Shown here piece after piece: positions 16,511 to 25,651 of a stretch of DNA of 64,000 nucleotides. The stretch lies in the NCBI GenBank assembly GCA_938015925.1, contig CALLVY010000588.1:9046-73045 (forward strand), given 5' to 3'. Positions within the stretch are counted from its first letter, which is position 1. Every line of letters begins with the position of its first letter. Source of the stretch: an uncultured Saprospiraceae bacterium. Lineage in GTDB: Bacteria > Bacteroidota > Bacteroidia > Chitinophagales > Saprospiraceae. The translations under genes and the position numbers were made by a program. The notes beneath the pieces are model-generated. The model searched no databases, was not told the origin of the DNA, and saw only the letters and a program-made list of their open reading frames with translations.

Positions 16511-18360
16511 CAAGCTTTTATCTTAGCAATCTCTTTTCCAAGAAACAATCTTCCCCAGCGGCCAAAGCTAATCGCTCGCCAGAGCAAAGGATAATGCACT
16601 CTTTGTTTATTTTTTAAAACTTCGCCAGACCAAGGCAACCACTTTTCTCCGAAAATCTCTGGAAAACTTTGTTGCGTTTCCTCTAGCATCTTTGAGAACC
16701 GTTCCGGAGCTTCTTCTATCCATGCTTCCTGAGGAGTTGCAAAGCCCAATTTGTTGTAGCGCCGATAAACAAGGTCTGGCAGAAATGGCCGCATTGCTTC
16801 TCTTAAAATATGCTTGCGTCGAGCTTTATTGATTTTTAATTGATCGGGTAAATTGAGGCAAAATTCCACAAGGCGATAATCCAAAAAAGGAAGTCGGGAT
16901 TCTACCGAAGCGGCCATAGAATTGCGATCTTCATAATGCAATAAAATGGGCATCCCAATTTCTGAAAGCAAATTGATAGAGGTCTGGGTCAAAGAATCAT
17001 CAGCGCTGCGAGTAAATAAATGCTCCGGATCAATTGGCCAGGTTTCTTTTAACCAATCGATCTTTGTCAAATGATCTTTTTTTCGAAAACGCTGGACCGA
17101 ATTAAGCGCTTGCAAAGGACCGATCTGATGCAAATAGAAAAAACGAAAAACATCGATAATTGCACCTAGTGGATTTTTCTTTATGTTACTTTTAAATAGG
17201 GGCGCATAAAATTTTTCATACCCAGCGAGTATCTCATCTGCTCCTTGTCCATCCAGCATAACCGTTAAGCCTTTGTCTTTGGCGGTCTTAAAAACCTGAT
17301 ACTGGGCGATCACACTAGCACTAGCAATAGGTTCATCTTGCATCCAAATGACTTTATCCCAATCGGCCAACATTTGTTCTAAGGAAGGAAAAACCTTGTG
17401 GTTTTTATGTCCTGTCTTTTCAACTACCGCATCAATAAAAACGCTTTCATCAATCGATGATCCAGGGAAACAACAAGAGACACTTTCCGGAGAAATAGTC
17501 TGCCCTTCTTTTTTCAATAGTTCCTGCATTCCGCAAAGGATGGCAGAACTATCTAAGCCTCCTGATAGGGCAGTTCCTACCGATACGTCCGATCGCAAAC
17601 GCAGGCGAATGGCATCCAGTAATTTTTCTTGAAATAAAGCCACCGCTTCTTCTTCGGTGAGGCTAGGCAATGGCGAGAGCTGTTTTTTAATTTGATAGTA
17701 AGCTTGGATTTGAAAAGTATGATCCTGGAGATTATAGAGCAGGTGATGTCCGCCTTTTAATTGGTGAATGCCTTGGAAAAAAGTAGCGCTTTGGTGATCA
17801 TGATAGCCTTTGATGAGAAATTCATAGGCCATGGTTTTATTCAGCTGAGCGGCCCAATTGGGGAGGCTGGTAAATTGTTTGATTTCTGAGGCGAAGCAAA
17901 ATTGCTTTTGGAAAATGGTGTAATAAAAAGGTTTGATGCCAAAGCGATCACGGGAACAAAAAAGTTGATTTTTTTGAGGATCGTAGATGGCGAAGGCCCA
18001 CATGCCATTGAGGTGGTTTACACAATCTGTTCCCCAAAAATCATAAGAAGCGAGGAGGACTTCGGTGTCGGATTGGGTAGCAAAAGAATAGCCTTTTTGT
18101 TGGAGTTCACTGCGGAGTTCGAGGTAATTGTAAATCTCTCCATTATAAGTGATGACGTGCCCTTTGTAGTGCATGGGTTGTACACCATCCTTGCTCAGGT
18201 CAATGATGGCCAGGCGACCATGTGCGAAGCCCCAATGATCCCGAGTGTAAAAGTCTTGGCCATCCGGTCCACGATGTTTGACCAATTCAATGGCCTTTTG
18301 TAGCAGCTCATTAGCTACAGGTTTATTATCTTGCCGAACGATTCCGAATATGCCACACAT
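16510..18360 (-). CDS. asnB: Asparagine synthase (glutamine-hydrolysing) family amidotransferase
   Basis: Canonical Ntn start 'MCGIFGIV', with 'HRGPDG' and PP-loop 'ALSGGLDSSAI'. 616 aa. Confidence 0.85.
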   Translation of the reverse strand: MCGIFGIVRQDNKPVANELLQKAIELVKHRGPDGQDFYTRDHWGFAHGRLAIIDLSKDGVQPMHYKGHVITYNGEIYNYLELRSELQQKGYSFATQSDTEVLLASYDFWGTDCVNHLNGMWAFAIYDPQKNQLFCSRDRFGIKPFYYTIFQKQFCFASEIKQFTSLPNWAAQLNKTMAYEFLIKGYHDHQSATFFQGIHQLKGGHHLLYNLQDHTFQIQAYYQIKKQLSPLPSLTEEEAVALFQEKLLDAIRLRLRSDVSVGTALSGGLDSSAILCGMQELLKKEGQTISPESVSCCFPGSSIDESVFIDAVVEKTGHKNHKVFPSLEQMLADWDKVIWMQDEPIASASVIAQYQVFKTAKDKGLTVMLDGQGADEILAGYEKFYAPLFKSNIKKNPLGAIIDVFRFFYLHQIGPLQALNSVQRFRKKDHLTKIDWLKETWPIDPEHLFTRSADDSLTQTSINLLSEIGMPILLHYEDRNSMAASVESRLPFLDYRLVEFCLNLPDQLKINKARRKHILREAMRPFLPDLVYRRYNKLGFATPQEAWIEEAPERFSKMLEETQQSFPEIFGEKWLPWSGEVLKNKQRVHYPLLWRAISFGRWGRLFLGKEIAKIKA

Positions 18361-18447
18361 GCTAAAAAAGATTTAAAGAAGAGGAGTCCAAGATACCAGA
18401 ATTCTTAGTTTCTTTCATTTATGTATCAATAAAAATGCATTGATTTA

Positions 18448-19800
18448 ATGTCGAAGCAAGTTCTTCATTTTTTTTATAAACCCAATCCGTTTAATTCACG
18501 GATAGATTATATTCTGGATTTCCTGGAAAAGCATCCGCTATGTCCTGAGGGGCTTGGTTTTAGAAAGAATGAGAGATTGGAAAAAGGAGAGATTGGTATT
18601 TATTATGGAATAGAAAAAGAAGCAACTGGATTTTATATTCCTGCGCAAAGAATCGCTTTTAATAGGGAGTTGCCAACGTTTTCCAAACTATGGCCAGGAA
18701 AGTACCGGTTTGAAGAAATGCTGTTGTATTCCGTAGAGAACAAAGCTAGTGAGGGAGAAAGTGTTTTTTGCAAAAATCAAGAATTTGGTTTTGATCTTAT
18801 CGAAATGATTTTTTTTCATATTACGCGTATGGAAGAACATCACTGTACAGCGGATCAAATGGATCAATGGGACATGATGAAAAACACGGAGCAATTTTTG
18901 TCGAAACATGGTTTGCATCGACAGCCAGTGGTGGATCATTTGGTAAAATGTTTTTTTAAGGCTTTAGGCTTAAAAGTAAGCAAGCGTAAGACGAAATACC
19001 GAATGAGTCATGATATTGATGCTATTGAAAAATTCCCTTCTTTTTATAAATTACTACGGGCATCTTTTAGACTTTTGTTGGATAATAAAAGTTGGAGGGG
19101 ACAATATGAATTATGGCAATTTTACAATAAAGTGAAGAGAAAAGAATTGAAAGATCCTTTTGATACTTTTGATTGGTTATTGCGATTATGTCCTTGGGAA
19201 GAGAAGCTGATTTATTTTATGACTGGAGGGATTACCAGGTACGATAATTTTTTCAACATTGAGGGGAAAAAGGCCAGAGGAATAATTGATTTAGCGAAAA
19301 CCTATAATTACAAAATAGGGATCCATCCTAGTTACCTGGCGTGGAAAAGAGAAGATTTGTTTTTGGAAGAATTAGAAAAGTTGGAAAGGGTAGTGGGAGG
19401 GGAAATAGAAAATAGCCGGCAACATTTCTTACATTTTGACTTTGCTCAAACTTCTGCAATCATCGAAAGGCAAAAAGTAAAGTATGATTCTAGTTTGGCT
19501 TATCAAGACCTGATTGGATTCCGGTGTGGGACCGGATTTGCTTATCGCTTATATGATTTTAAGCAGGAATGTTCTTATCATTTCTTGGAGTTGCCATTGA
19601 TAATAATGGATACTGCCTTGCTTTGGGAAGTGGATAATAAGGTCGCTTTATTTGAGGAAGAAGTACTGGGTTTTTTGGAGAGGAATCGCTTTGATACTGA
19701 AATTACTTTTAATTTTCACAATAGTACTTTTGATGAAACTCGATTGGATGGGACTTCTATCAAAAGCGTGTATGAAAAAATTTGCACGAAATTTATTTAA
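18448..19800 (+). CDS. Hypothetical protein, possibly polysaccharide-deacetylase-like
   Basis: 'MSHDIDAIEKF', 'IGIHPSY' and 'SRQHFLHFDF' loosely recall the Asp/His motifs of carbohydrate-esterase-type deacetylases. Weak, motif-only call. Confidence 0.3.
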   Translation: MSKQVLHFFYKPNPFNSRIDYILDFLEKHPLCPEGLGFRKNERLEKGEIGIYYGIEKEATGFYIPAQRIAFNRELPTFSKLWPGKYRFEEMLLYSVENKASEGESVFCKNQEFGFDLIEMIFFHITRMEEHHCTADQMDQWDMMKNTEQFLSKHGLHRQPVVDHLVKCFFKALGLKVSKRKTKYRMSHDIDAIEKFPSFYKLLRASFRLLLDNKSWRGQYELWQFYNKVKRKELKDPFDTFDWLLRLCPWEEKLIYFMTGGITRYDNFFNIEGKKARGIIDLAKTYNYKIGIHPSYLAWKREDLFLEELEKLERVVGGEIENSRQHFLHFDFAQTSAIIERQKVKYDSSLAYQDLIGFRCGTGFAYRLYDFKQECSYHFLELPLIIMDTALLWEVDNKVALFEEEVLGFLERNRFDTEITFNFHNSTFDETRLDGTSIKSVYEKICTKFI

Positions 19801-21085
19801 ACGACAATTGATTCCAAAAATGCACGAATTGATTTTTCCAACTAAATTGAGTCAATAGTTGTTCTTGTATTTTGGGTCTAATGGTTCCCTCTTTTTCCCA
19901 TTCCAGATATAAATCCAGTATATAATTTTTTATTCTTTCTTTTTGTTCCGAGTCATTATAAGCAACGATACCCGCATTTAAATCTTTAAATATTTTTTCA
20001 AATTCCAAGTCTGGTGTACCATTAATAATAAGTAGAATTGGATTTCTGGCCGCTAGGTATTCATAAAATTTTGCAGTAAGGATACCACTTAATTTTGGAC
20101 TTGACCAAGAAAGCAATAAATTAACCTGGGCCATTTTTTGGATTTTCTGAGCTTCCTCTTTGGCGATAAATCCTTTATTGATAAAAACATTTTGCAGCTC
20201 CTGCTGATTGATCCATTTTGTCCAGGCAAGACCGTCTTTTCCAGCATAAACGATTTGTACTTTTTCTCGATCGACAATCCCTTCTTTAATTAATTCTTGT
20301 AGACCTTCTAATAGAATTGCTGGTGTTTGGAATCCTTGGTAAATACTCCCGGTATAAGCAAAAGTAAACTTTGAAAAAGGAGCGGTTACTTCCTCTTGGT
20401 CATAGACAGGCATTCCACTCCGCAATACATAAACCTGCTTGCGGTATTGACGCAGGTTTTTCGCCAGACCCTCAGAAACGGTAAGCACCTGGTCTGCTTT
20501 GCGAATGATTTTTTTATTAACCCAAGCTTGAAATTTTGGAAAAACGGTGTTCCCTCTGTTTTGGTCAATAGGTAAATCTCTAAAGTCGGCTATCCATAAA
20601 ATAGAAGGAAAAAATGTTTTTAGAAGGAAGGCGATAAAATGATCTGAGAATGGGCGAAAAGAGGAATAAATGATTTTTACTTTTTGCTGGCGAATAAGGA
20701 AGACGCCTCTTAAAAATCCAAGTAGAATATATAAAAAACCGCCTTCGCCAAAAAGAATATTAAAAGGGAAACTATCTAGCAAGCGGATAACAAAACGAAT
20801 GAAAGGGTGATTTTTTTTTTCCTCTCCATGATGAGCTGTAGGAGTACCTTTTAAACTTAAGAAGGTTCGGTAATCAAAGGTAAGGATGGAAATAAGTCGA
20901 ATGGGAAGCGGAGGAAAGGACTCTTGTGGTAATGACTTGTAATTGGAGGTAGTAAGAACAATGACCTGGTTACAATAAGAACAAAACTGTTTGGCTAGAT
21001 TGTAATTTCGGATAACTCCGACGGATTGGATAGGGGGGAAATAATAAGAGATAAAAAGAACAGTACCAGACGCCTTATCCTTCAT
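19793..21085 (-). CDS. Glycosyltransferase (GT4-like, GT-B fold)
   Basis: The N-terminal 'VLFISYYFPPIQSVGVIRNYNLAKQF' is typical of GT4 N-domains. The C-terminal Rossmann half reads 'FAYTGSIY...VYAGKDG'. Confidence 0.55.
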   Translation of the reverse strand: MKDKASGTVLFISYYFPPIQSVGVIRNYNLAKQFCSYCNQVIVLTTSNYKSLPQESFPPLPIRLISILTFDYRTFLSLKGTPTAHHGEEKKNHPFIRFVIRLLDSFPFNILFGEGGFLYILLGFLRGVFLIRQQKVKIIYSSFRPFSDHFIAFLLKTFFPSILWIADFRDLPIDQNRGNTVFPKFQAWVNKKIIRKADQVLTVSEGLAKNLRQYRKQVYVLRSGMPVYDQEEVTAPFSKFTFAYTGSIYQGFQTPAILLEGLQELIKEGIVDREKVQIVYAGKDGLAWTKWINQQELQNVFINKGFIAKEEAQKIQKMAQVNLLLSWSSPKLSGILTAKFYEYLAARNPILLIINGTPDLEFEKIFKDLNAGIVAYNDSEQKERIKNYILDLYLEWEKEGTIRPKIQEQLLTQFSWKNQFVHFWNQLSFK

Positions 21086-22283
21086 CTAAAACATTCTTTA
21101 TGATGTCAAAAAATTGTTGAGAAATTTTTCGATCATCAAACTCATTTTTTGCTTTTTGACGACCATGATCCCCCATTATTTTTTTCTGCTCTGGAGATAA
21201 GTTATAAAATTTTTGCATGGCAATGGAAAGAGCAGTAGCGTCTTTAATGGGAACAAGAAAACCATTTTTACCATCTTCCACAGCTTCTCTACAACCAGGA
21301 CTATCAGTAGTAATGATGGGGGTTCGCATGGACATTCCTTCTTGTACTACCCGAGAGCTACCTTCTCTATAAGAGGGCAATACAATGCAGTCAGATTTCT
21401 TAATAAAGTTGCGCACATCGTCAGTTGGTCCAAAATACCTGATGGTTCCATCTTGCATCCACTTTAAAAGTTGATCATTGGTAATCGCTGCGGGATTTTC
21501 GGAATCCACTTCTCCTACAATCCAGAATTCGACATTGGGATATTTTTTTTGAACGATTGTTGCAGCCGTTACAAATTCTTTAATCCCTTTATCATAAAGT
21601 AAGCGACCGATAAAAGTGTAGATTACCTTATCGTCATTTTTTATATATCCATTAGGAGAAAAATGCTCAATATTGACACCGCAACCCTTAATAGAAATAC
21701 CCTCTTCTGGACGAATGATATTTTCTTTTATAAAAAGAATTCGATCATCTTGATTTTCGAAGATTACTTTTTCGCTATTGCGGAAAGCCATTTTATACAA
21801 GCGTTGAGTAATACTTTGAATCAAGCCATTATGAAGAAAAGTGTATCCCAAGCCGGTAATGGTTGACAGGTATTTGATTCCACATAGTCTTGCTGCAAAG
21901 CCTCCATAAATATTTGGCTTTATCGTATAGTGGATTACCAAACCAGGATTTTCTAGTTTATATATCTTATATAACTCTCTGGTGAGCGATAAATCATTGA
22001 TGGGATTGGTGCTTTTCCTATTGAGGGTTTTGAGAGGAATATGACGGACATTTTCAAAATTATTGAGATAAGAAATATAGTGATCAACAGGAGCAATAAC
22101 AATAACTTCGAAATTATTTTCTTCTAATATTTCAATAACGTTGAGTCGGAAATTATAAATATTCCATGTTGAATTGGCGACAATAGCAATCTTGACTCTT
22201 TTTTGATGCACGTTTTTCTTTTTAAGGGGCCTATTAGGAATAGGCTTTAAGGTATAGTCTTGTGTGTAGGTTGATCCCAGCAT
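21075..22283 (-). CDS. Glycosyltransferase family 4
   Basis: 'KIAIVANSTWNIYNFRLNVI', plus C-terminal 'PSYREGSSRVVQEGMSMRTPIITTDSPGCREAVEDGKNGFLV' (E-x7-E). The first ~30 aa may be an over-extension. Confidence 0.7.
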   Translation of the reverse strand: MLGSTYTQDYTLKPIPNRPLKKKNVHQKRVKIAIVANSTWNIYNFRLNVIEILEENNFEVIVIAPVDHYISYLNNFENVRHIPLKTLNRKSTNPINDLSLTRELYKIYKLENPGLVIHYTIKPNIYGGFAARLCGIKYLSTITGLGYTFLHNGLIQSITQRLYKMAFRNSEKVIFENQDDRILFIKENIIRPEEGISIKGCGVNIEHFSPNGYIKNDDKVIYTFIGRLLYDKGIKEFVTAATIVQKKYPNVEFWIVGEVDSENPAAITNDQLLKWMQDGTIRYFGPTDDVRNFIKKSDCIVLPSYREGSSRVVQEGMSMRTPIITTDSPGCREAVEDGKNGFLVPIKDATALSIAMQKFYNLSPEQKKIMGDHGRQKAKNEFDDRKISQQFFDIIKNVLDEG

Positions 22284-22335
22284 CTCAGAGTGAGTTTTTA
22301 TTGGATAATCCTTAAAGTTAAACTTTTTTTATATG

Positions 22336-23442
22336 CTATAAGAAAGTATCTCCATTCTTCTCCCGAATCTCTGCCGTCAGTGCCTTAATCTCTTGTTCTT
22401 TAGACTTGGGATAAATCAACAAGACATCTCCTTCATCTACAATGATAAAATTGTCGATATCTCGCAATACCAGCAGTTTACCTTCTGGCGCACGAACCAA
22501 AGTATTCGTCACATCATTGATCATCACGTTGCCACTAGTGATGACGTTACCATATTCATCTTTATCTCCTTCTGCGTGGAGAGAGGCCCAGGTGCCGAGA
22601 TCTGACCAACCAAAATCCGTAGGGATGGTATAGATGTTTTCGGCTTGTTCCATAATAGCGTAATCTACGGAAATACTTGGAGTAGTGGGATAATGCTGGT
22701 CAATAAAATTCTGCTCTCCAGAGGTATTATAAGCAGAACCTCCTTTCTCGAGAATGGTATAAATTTCGTTGGCGTGTTTTTCAAAAGCAGCTAAAATACT
22801 CTTGGTCCGCCAAATAAAAATACCTGCATTCCAAAGATAGTCGCCACTCGCTAAAAATTCTTTGGCTTTATCCTGTTTTGGTTTTTCCGTAAATTGAATG
22901 ACTTTATGAACGCCTCCGATATTGTCATTTTCTGCTGGAGGTTCAACGGTACTTTGGTTGAAATTGATATAACCATAGCCCGTATCGGGACGGGACGGGC
23001 GAATACCCAATGTTAAAAGGGCATCGTTTTCTTGTGTAAAAGTCAAGGCTTTTTCTAATGCTTCTACAAAAACATTTTCTTTTAAGACGATGTGATCGGA
23101 AGGTGCAATAATGAAATTAGCCTCCGGGTTGAGGTGGTGCAATTTGAACGCCGTATAAGCCACACATGGCCCCGTATTGTTCCGCGATGGTTCGCAAAGA
23201 ATTTGATTGTCACTGATTTCTGGAAGATGTTCTTTTACCAGATCTTTATAAATTCCGTTAGTGACGATAAAAATATTTTCTGCCGGACAGAGGGCTAAAA
23301 ATCTTTCGAAGGTCAAACGGATTAAAGATTTTCCAACTCCTAGTATATCTAAAAATTGTTTAGGGCGGGCGGTTCGACTGGACGGCCAGAAGCGGCTACC
23401 GATTCCACCAGCCATTATTGCTACATAGGTATTATTGGACAT
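22336..23442 (-). CDS. manC: Mannose-1-phosphate guanylyltransferase
   Basis: 'VAIMAGGIGSRFWPSSRTARPKQFLDI' and 'APSDHIV'. The ~368-aa single-domain form is typical of Bacteroidota. Confidence 0.85.
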   Translation of the reverse strand: MSNNTYVAIMAGGIGSRFWPSSRTARPKQFLDILGVGKSLIRLTFERFLALCPAENIFIVTNGIYKDLVKEHLPEISDNQILCEPSRNNTGPCVAYTAFKLHHLNPEANFIIAPSDHIVLKENVFVEALEKALTFTQENDALLTLGIRPSRPDTGYGYINFNQSTVEPPAENDNIGGVHKVIQFTEKPKQDKAKEFLASGDYLWNAGIFIWRTKSILAAFEKHANEIYTILEKGGSAYNTSGEQNFIDQHYPTTPSISVDYAIMEQAENIYTIPTDFGWSDLGTWASLHAEGDKDEYGNVITSGNVMINDVTNTLVRAPEGKLLVLRDIDNFIIVDEGDVLLIYPKSKEQEIKALTAEIREKNGDTFL

Positions 23443-23483
23443 AGAGACTGTTGTTTAAAGTATTTTTGTTGTATATTAGAAAG

Positions 23484-23491
23484 CAAAAGTA
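23484..23491 (-). promoter_or_regulatory. Candidate internal -7 promoter box (TActTTTG on the minus strand) upstream of manC
   Basis: Plus-strand 'caaaagta' lies 42 nt upstream of the manC start, in a 212-nt gap. Motif match only. Confidence 0.25.
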
Positions 23492-23654
23492 ATAAGAGTG
23501 AATGCAAAAAAGTTGTAGGTAAGGCCAAAAGACTACGGAACTAAGCAAGAGGTATTATTTATGCTACTTAACATAAGAAAGATTATAGGTATTTAATTTT
23601 TAAGTTTTTAATTCCTAAAAATCACCCTAAAAGAAGGAGTTTAAACGAACAAGA

Positions 23655-24599
23655 TCATACGGTCTGTTCTTCCCAAACGGTATCCTTAACTTCCTCATAT
23701 ACAGATTGCAATCCTTGCTCCAAAGAAATAGATTGTTTCCAACCCAGGGCGGTCAACTTACTGACATCCATCAATTTTCGTGGGGTACCATCGGGCTTAC
23801 TGGTATCCAGTTTTATTTCCCCTTCATAAGCAACCACTTTTTGAATGGCTCGAGCCAAATCGATAATAGCAATGTCTTCACCACATCCAATATTTACCAA
23901 TCCTTCACCACTATAAGTTTCCATTAAAAAACAACAAGCATCTGCCAGATCATCAGCGTGTAGAAATTCCCGCTTAGGGCTACCGGTTCCCCACATCATT
24001 ACATACGGTGTATTATTGCGTTTGGCTTCGATAAACTTGCGCATCAAAGCAGGAAGTACGTGAGATTTTTTTAGATCATAATTGTCATTCGGACCATAGA
24101 GGTTGGTCGGCATCACGGAAATAAAATCACATCCATATTGGGCACGATAAGCATCACACATTTTGATCCCTGCAATTTTAGCAATGGCATAGGGTTCATT
24201 AGTAGGTTCCAAAAGCCCGGTCAGCAAGTATTCTTCTTTCAGTGGTTGAGCTGCCATTTTTGGATAAATACAAGAAGATCCCAGAAACATCAACTTCGTC
24301 ACTCCGGAACGATAGGCCGCATGGATCACATTGCTTTGGATCATGAGGTTGTCGTATAAAAATTCTCCTCGGAAAGTATTGTTAGCGAGAATGCCTCCGA
24401 CTTTTGCTGCCGCTAAAAAAACATAATCTGGTTTTTCCTGATCGAAAAAGTCATTGACGGCTTGTTGATTCCTAAGATCGAGTTGGGAGGAAGTACGGGT
24501 TAGGAAATTGGTAAAGCCTTTTTGTAGGAGTTGGCGGTGGATGGCGGATCCTACCATGCCTCGGTGTCCGGCTATGTATATTTTTGAATCTTTTTTCAT
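23655..24599 (-). CDS. fcl: GDP-L-fucose synthase (GDP-4-keto-6-deoxymannose 3,5-epimerase/4-reductase)
   Basis: '[15 protein letters not shown]', '[11 protein letters not shown]', '[10 protein letters not shown]', 'YAIAKIAG' and 'NLYGPNDN' are classic Fcl/WcaG motifs. Confidence 0.9.
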   Translation of the reverse strand: MKKDSKIYIAGHRGMVGSAIHRQLLQKGFTNFLTRTSSQLDLRNQQAVNDFFDQEKPDYVFLAAAKVGGILANNTFRGEFLYDNLMIQSNVIHAAYRSGVTKLMFLGSSCIYPKMAAQPLKEEYLLTGLLEPTNEPYAIAKIAGIKMCDAYRAQYGCDFISVMPTNLYGPNDNYDLKKSHVLPALMRKFIEAKRNNTPYVMMWGTGSPKREFLHADDLADACCFLMETYSGEGLVNIGCGEDIAIIDLARAIQKVVAYEGEIKLDTSKPDGTPRKLMDVSKLTALGWKQSISLEQGLQSVYEEVKDTVWEEQTV

Positions 24600-24611
24600 G
24601 GTATAGAGTTT

Positions 24612-24912
24612 TTATTGACCGCAAAGGCGCAAAGGGCGGAAAGTTCTTTTTCGTAGAAGATGGTGTGCTTGTAAATAAAATACCAAGACTCCATCTAAAA
24701 ACGACCTTCGCGTTCTTCGCGTCTTAGCGGTAAAATAATTCGTGTTATTGACCGCAAAGGCGCAAAGGGCGGAAAGTTTTTTTTTCGTAGAAATGGTGCG
24801 CTTGTAAATAAAATACCAAGACTCCATCTAAAAACGACCTTAGCGTTCTTCGCGTCTTAGCGGTAAAACTTAATTCGTGTTATTGACCGCAAAGGCACAA
24901 AGGGCGCAAATT
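24612..24912. repeat. ~134-bp tandem repeat array, left block (about 2.2 units), each unit carrying a long imperfect hairpin
   Basis: Units start with 'ttattgaccgcaaagg' at 24612, 24745 and 24880. 'gaccttagcgttcttcgcgtcttagcggt' pairs with 'accgcaaaggcgcaaagggcggaaagtt' across a ~19-nt loop. Confidence 0.9.
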
Positions 24913-24917
24913 TTTAA

Positions 24918-25301
24918 TTAATAATTATTAACAAAACGATTGATACCATTCTTGATCAAGGGAACATTAAAGTTAATTAAGAAGCCCAGTCGTATGTCAG
25001 CAAGTTTCAAGTAAGTTATTAATTGAGCTTTATGAATAGGATGAATTTCTTCAACAGCTTTTAGTTCTAATATTATTTTATTCTCGACTAAAATGTCTAG
25101 CCGGTATCCACAATCTAGCTTTGTATCTTTGTATATCACAGGAATGGATTTTTCGCATTCTACTTTTATTCCCCTTTCCCTCAATTCAAAGGCCAAACAA
25201 TGCTGGTAAGTAGATTCTAGTAAGCCTGGTCCTAATTCTTTATGTACATGGAAACAACTATCTACTATTTGGGTAGCCAAACTTTCGATTTTTGCTTTCA
25301 T
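24918..25301 (-). CDS. GxxExxY protein (PD-(D/E)XK nuclease-like superfamily)
   Basis: 127 aa. 'GPGLLESTYQHCL' carries the G-x-x-E-x-x-Y motif, and 'YRLDILVENKIILELKA' fits a D...E-x-K nuclease-like core. Confidence 0.8.
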   Translation of the reverse strand: MKAKIESLATQIVDSCFHVHKELGPGLLESTYQHCLAFELRERGIKVECEKSIPVIYKDTKLDCGYRLDILVENKIILELKAVEEIHPIHKAQLITYLKLADIRLGFLINFNVPLIKNGINRFVNNY

Positions 25302-25335
25302 GGACTTTACTTTTAGGTTACTGATGATGTTGTCA

Positions 25336-25637
25336 AAATAGACCTTGGCGTTCTTCGCGTCTTCGCGGTAAAAAAATTCGTGTTATTGACCGCAAAGGGG
25401 CAAAGGGCGGAAAGTTTTTTTTCGTAGAAATGGTGAGTTTGTAAATACAATACCAAGACTCCATCTAAAATAGACCTTAGCGTTCTTCGCGTCTTCGCGG
25501 TAAAAAAATTCGTGTTATTGACCGCAAAGGGGCAAAGGGCGGAAAGTTTTTTTTCGTAGAAATGGTGAGTTATGTAAATAAACTACCAAGATTCCATCTA
25601 AAAACGACCTTAGCGTTCTTCGTGTCTTAGCGGTAAA
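25336..25637. repeat. ~133-bp tandem repeat array, right block (about 2.3 units) of the same family
   Basis: 'ttattgaccgcaaagg' occurs at 25383 and 25515, with a partial unit at each end. Units look more than 90% identical to the left block by eye. Confidence 0.9.
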
Positions 25638-25651
25638 ACATCCTTAGAAAA

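Noticed and set aside
24612-24827. 71-aa minus-strand ORF ('...SALCAFAVNN...PLRLCGQ') in the ORF track
   Set aside because: It lies entirely within the tandem repeat and its peptide is just the repeat translated twice. It has no independent coding signal.
24612-25637. Regularly spaced hairpin repeats that superficially resemble a CRISPR array
   Set aside because: The inter-repeat 'spacers' are themselves conserved between units (same ~55-nt sequence). The repeat period is ~134 bp, no cas genes are present, and the only embedded ORF is a GxxExxY gene. This is a tandem repeat, not a CRISPR array.
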